Part shown: one piece after another, positions 31,863 through 32,000 of the stretch | How positions within the stretch are numbered: the stretch's first letter is position 1 | Layout of the letters: each line of letters begins with the position of its first letter | The notes under the pieces: model-generated | Database searches by the model: none | The model's input: only the letters and a program-made list of their open reading frames with translations | Told to the model about the DNA's origin: nothing | Source: Candidatus Methylomirabilis limnetica | Lineage (GTDB): Bacteria; Methylomirabilota; Methylomirabilia; Methylomirabilales; Methylomirabilaceae | NCBI RefSeq assembly: GCF_003044035.1 | Contig: NZ_NVQC01000020.1 | Span: forward strand, 76,358 to 108,357 | Direction: 5' to 3' | DNA: 32,000 bases | Position numbers and translations under genes: made by a program

Positions 31863-32000
31863 AAGAAAATAGAGAAAATAGGGACAGACACAATACCGTC
31901 CGGCACATAATTTGCCCGGTTTGATTAAGGATCATATCTGAAGGTGGGGAAAAAGCAACAGCAACAGGATTTACCGGTTACGAAGGATTGCGGAGGGGTT

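Overview
The window has two parts. (1) Positions 1 to about 17.5 kb are backbone sequence, about 57% GC in 60-nt blocks I counted by hand. This part is dominated by a 12-kb assimilatory sulfur cluster: MoeB/ThiF 3' end, YeeE, two TusA/YeeD-like genes, CysM, a JAMM/Mec protease, TauE/SafE, ferredoxin-type sulfite reductase, a secreted YVTN beta-propeller, APS reductase CysH, ATP sulfurylase Sat, a tandem rhodanese, two stand-alone NIL-domain mini-proteins, a Zn-ribbon ThrC-like PLP enzyme and a MoaD/ThiS carrier ending in GG-Cys. After it come a minus-strand envelope operon (ispH, a small TM ORF, three lipoproteins or secreted proteins, Skp/OmpH), a HAD hydrolase and a DUF2064 glycosyltransferase-like gene. 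The YeeE gene has one in-frame TGA exactly at its central conserved Cys, followed by a SECIS-like hairpin. (2) Positions about 17.9 to 31.8 kb form a mosaic island. Its GC is about 67% in hsdM, about 60% in SIR2 and about 52% in hsdS TRD1. It is bracketed by 52-nt imperfect direct repeats, and no recombinase is visible. It carries an esterase and a Type I R-M operon with a SIR2-like/HerA-like ATPase pair spliced in by overlapping start and stop codons (hsdM-hsdS-SIR2-HerA). Downstream are three different hsdR 5' ends: one truncated with a nonsense codon, one a roughly 34-codon stub, and one full length but frameshifted in a C3G4 run just before Walker A. These are interleaved with an AlbA_2/Schlafen-like ATPase-fold gene, a RhuM-Fic gene whose Fic core appears deleted, and a small antisense ORF with a Fic-antitoxin-like SxxxEG motif. 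Small GC-rich hairpin elements sit in-frame inside hsdM (with a 9-bp flanking duplication), hsdS and hsdR, and also in intergenic regions. SIR2-HerA pairs are already published as an anti-phage system. The possibly new point is their translational fusion to hsdMS while every restriction subunit copy has decayed. No rRNA, tRNA or CRISPR array was found. All calls rest on reading the translations by eye and on remembered family motifs; no database search was possible.
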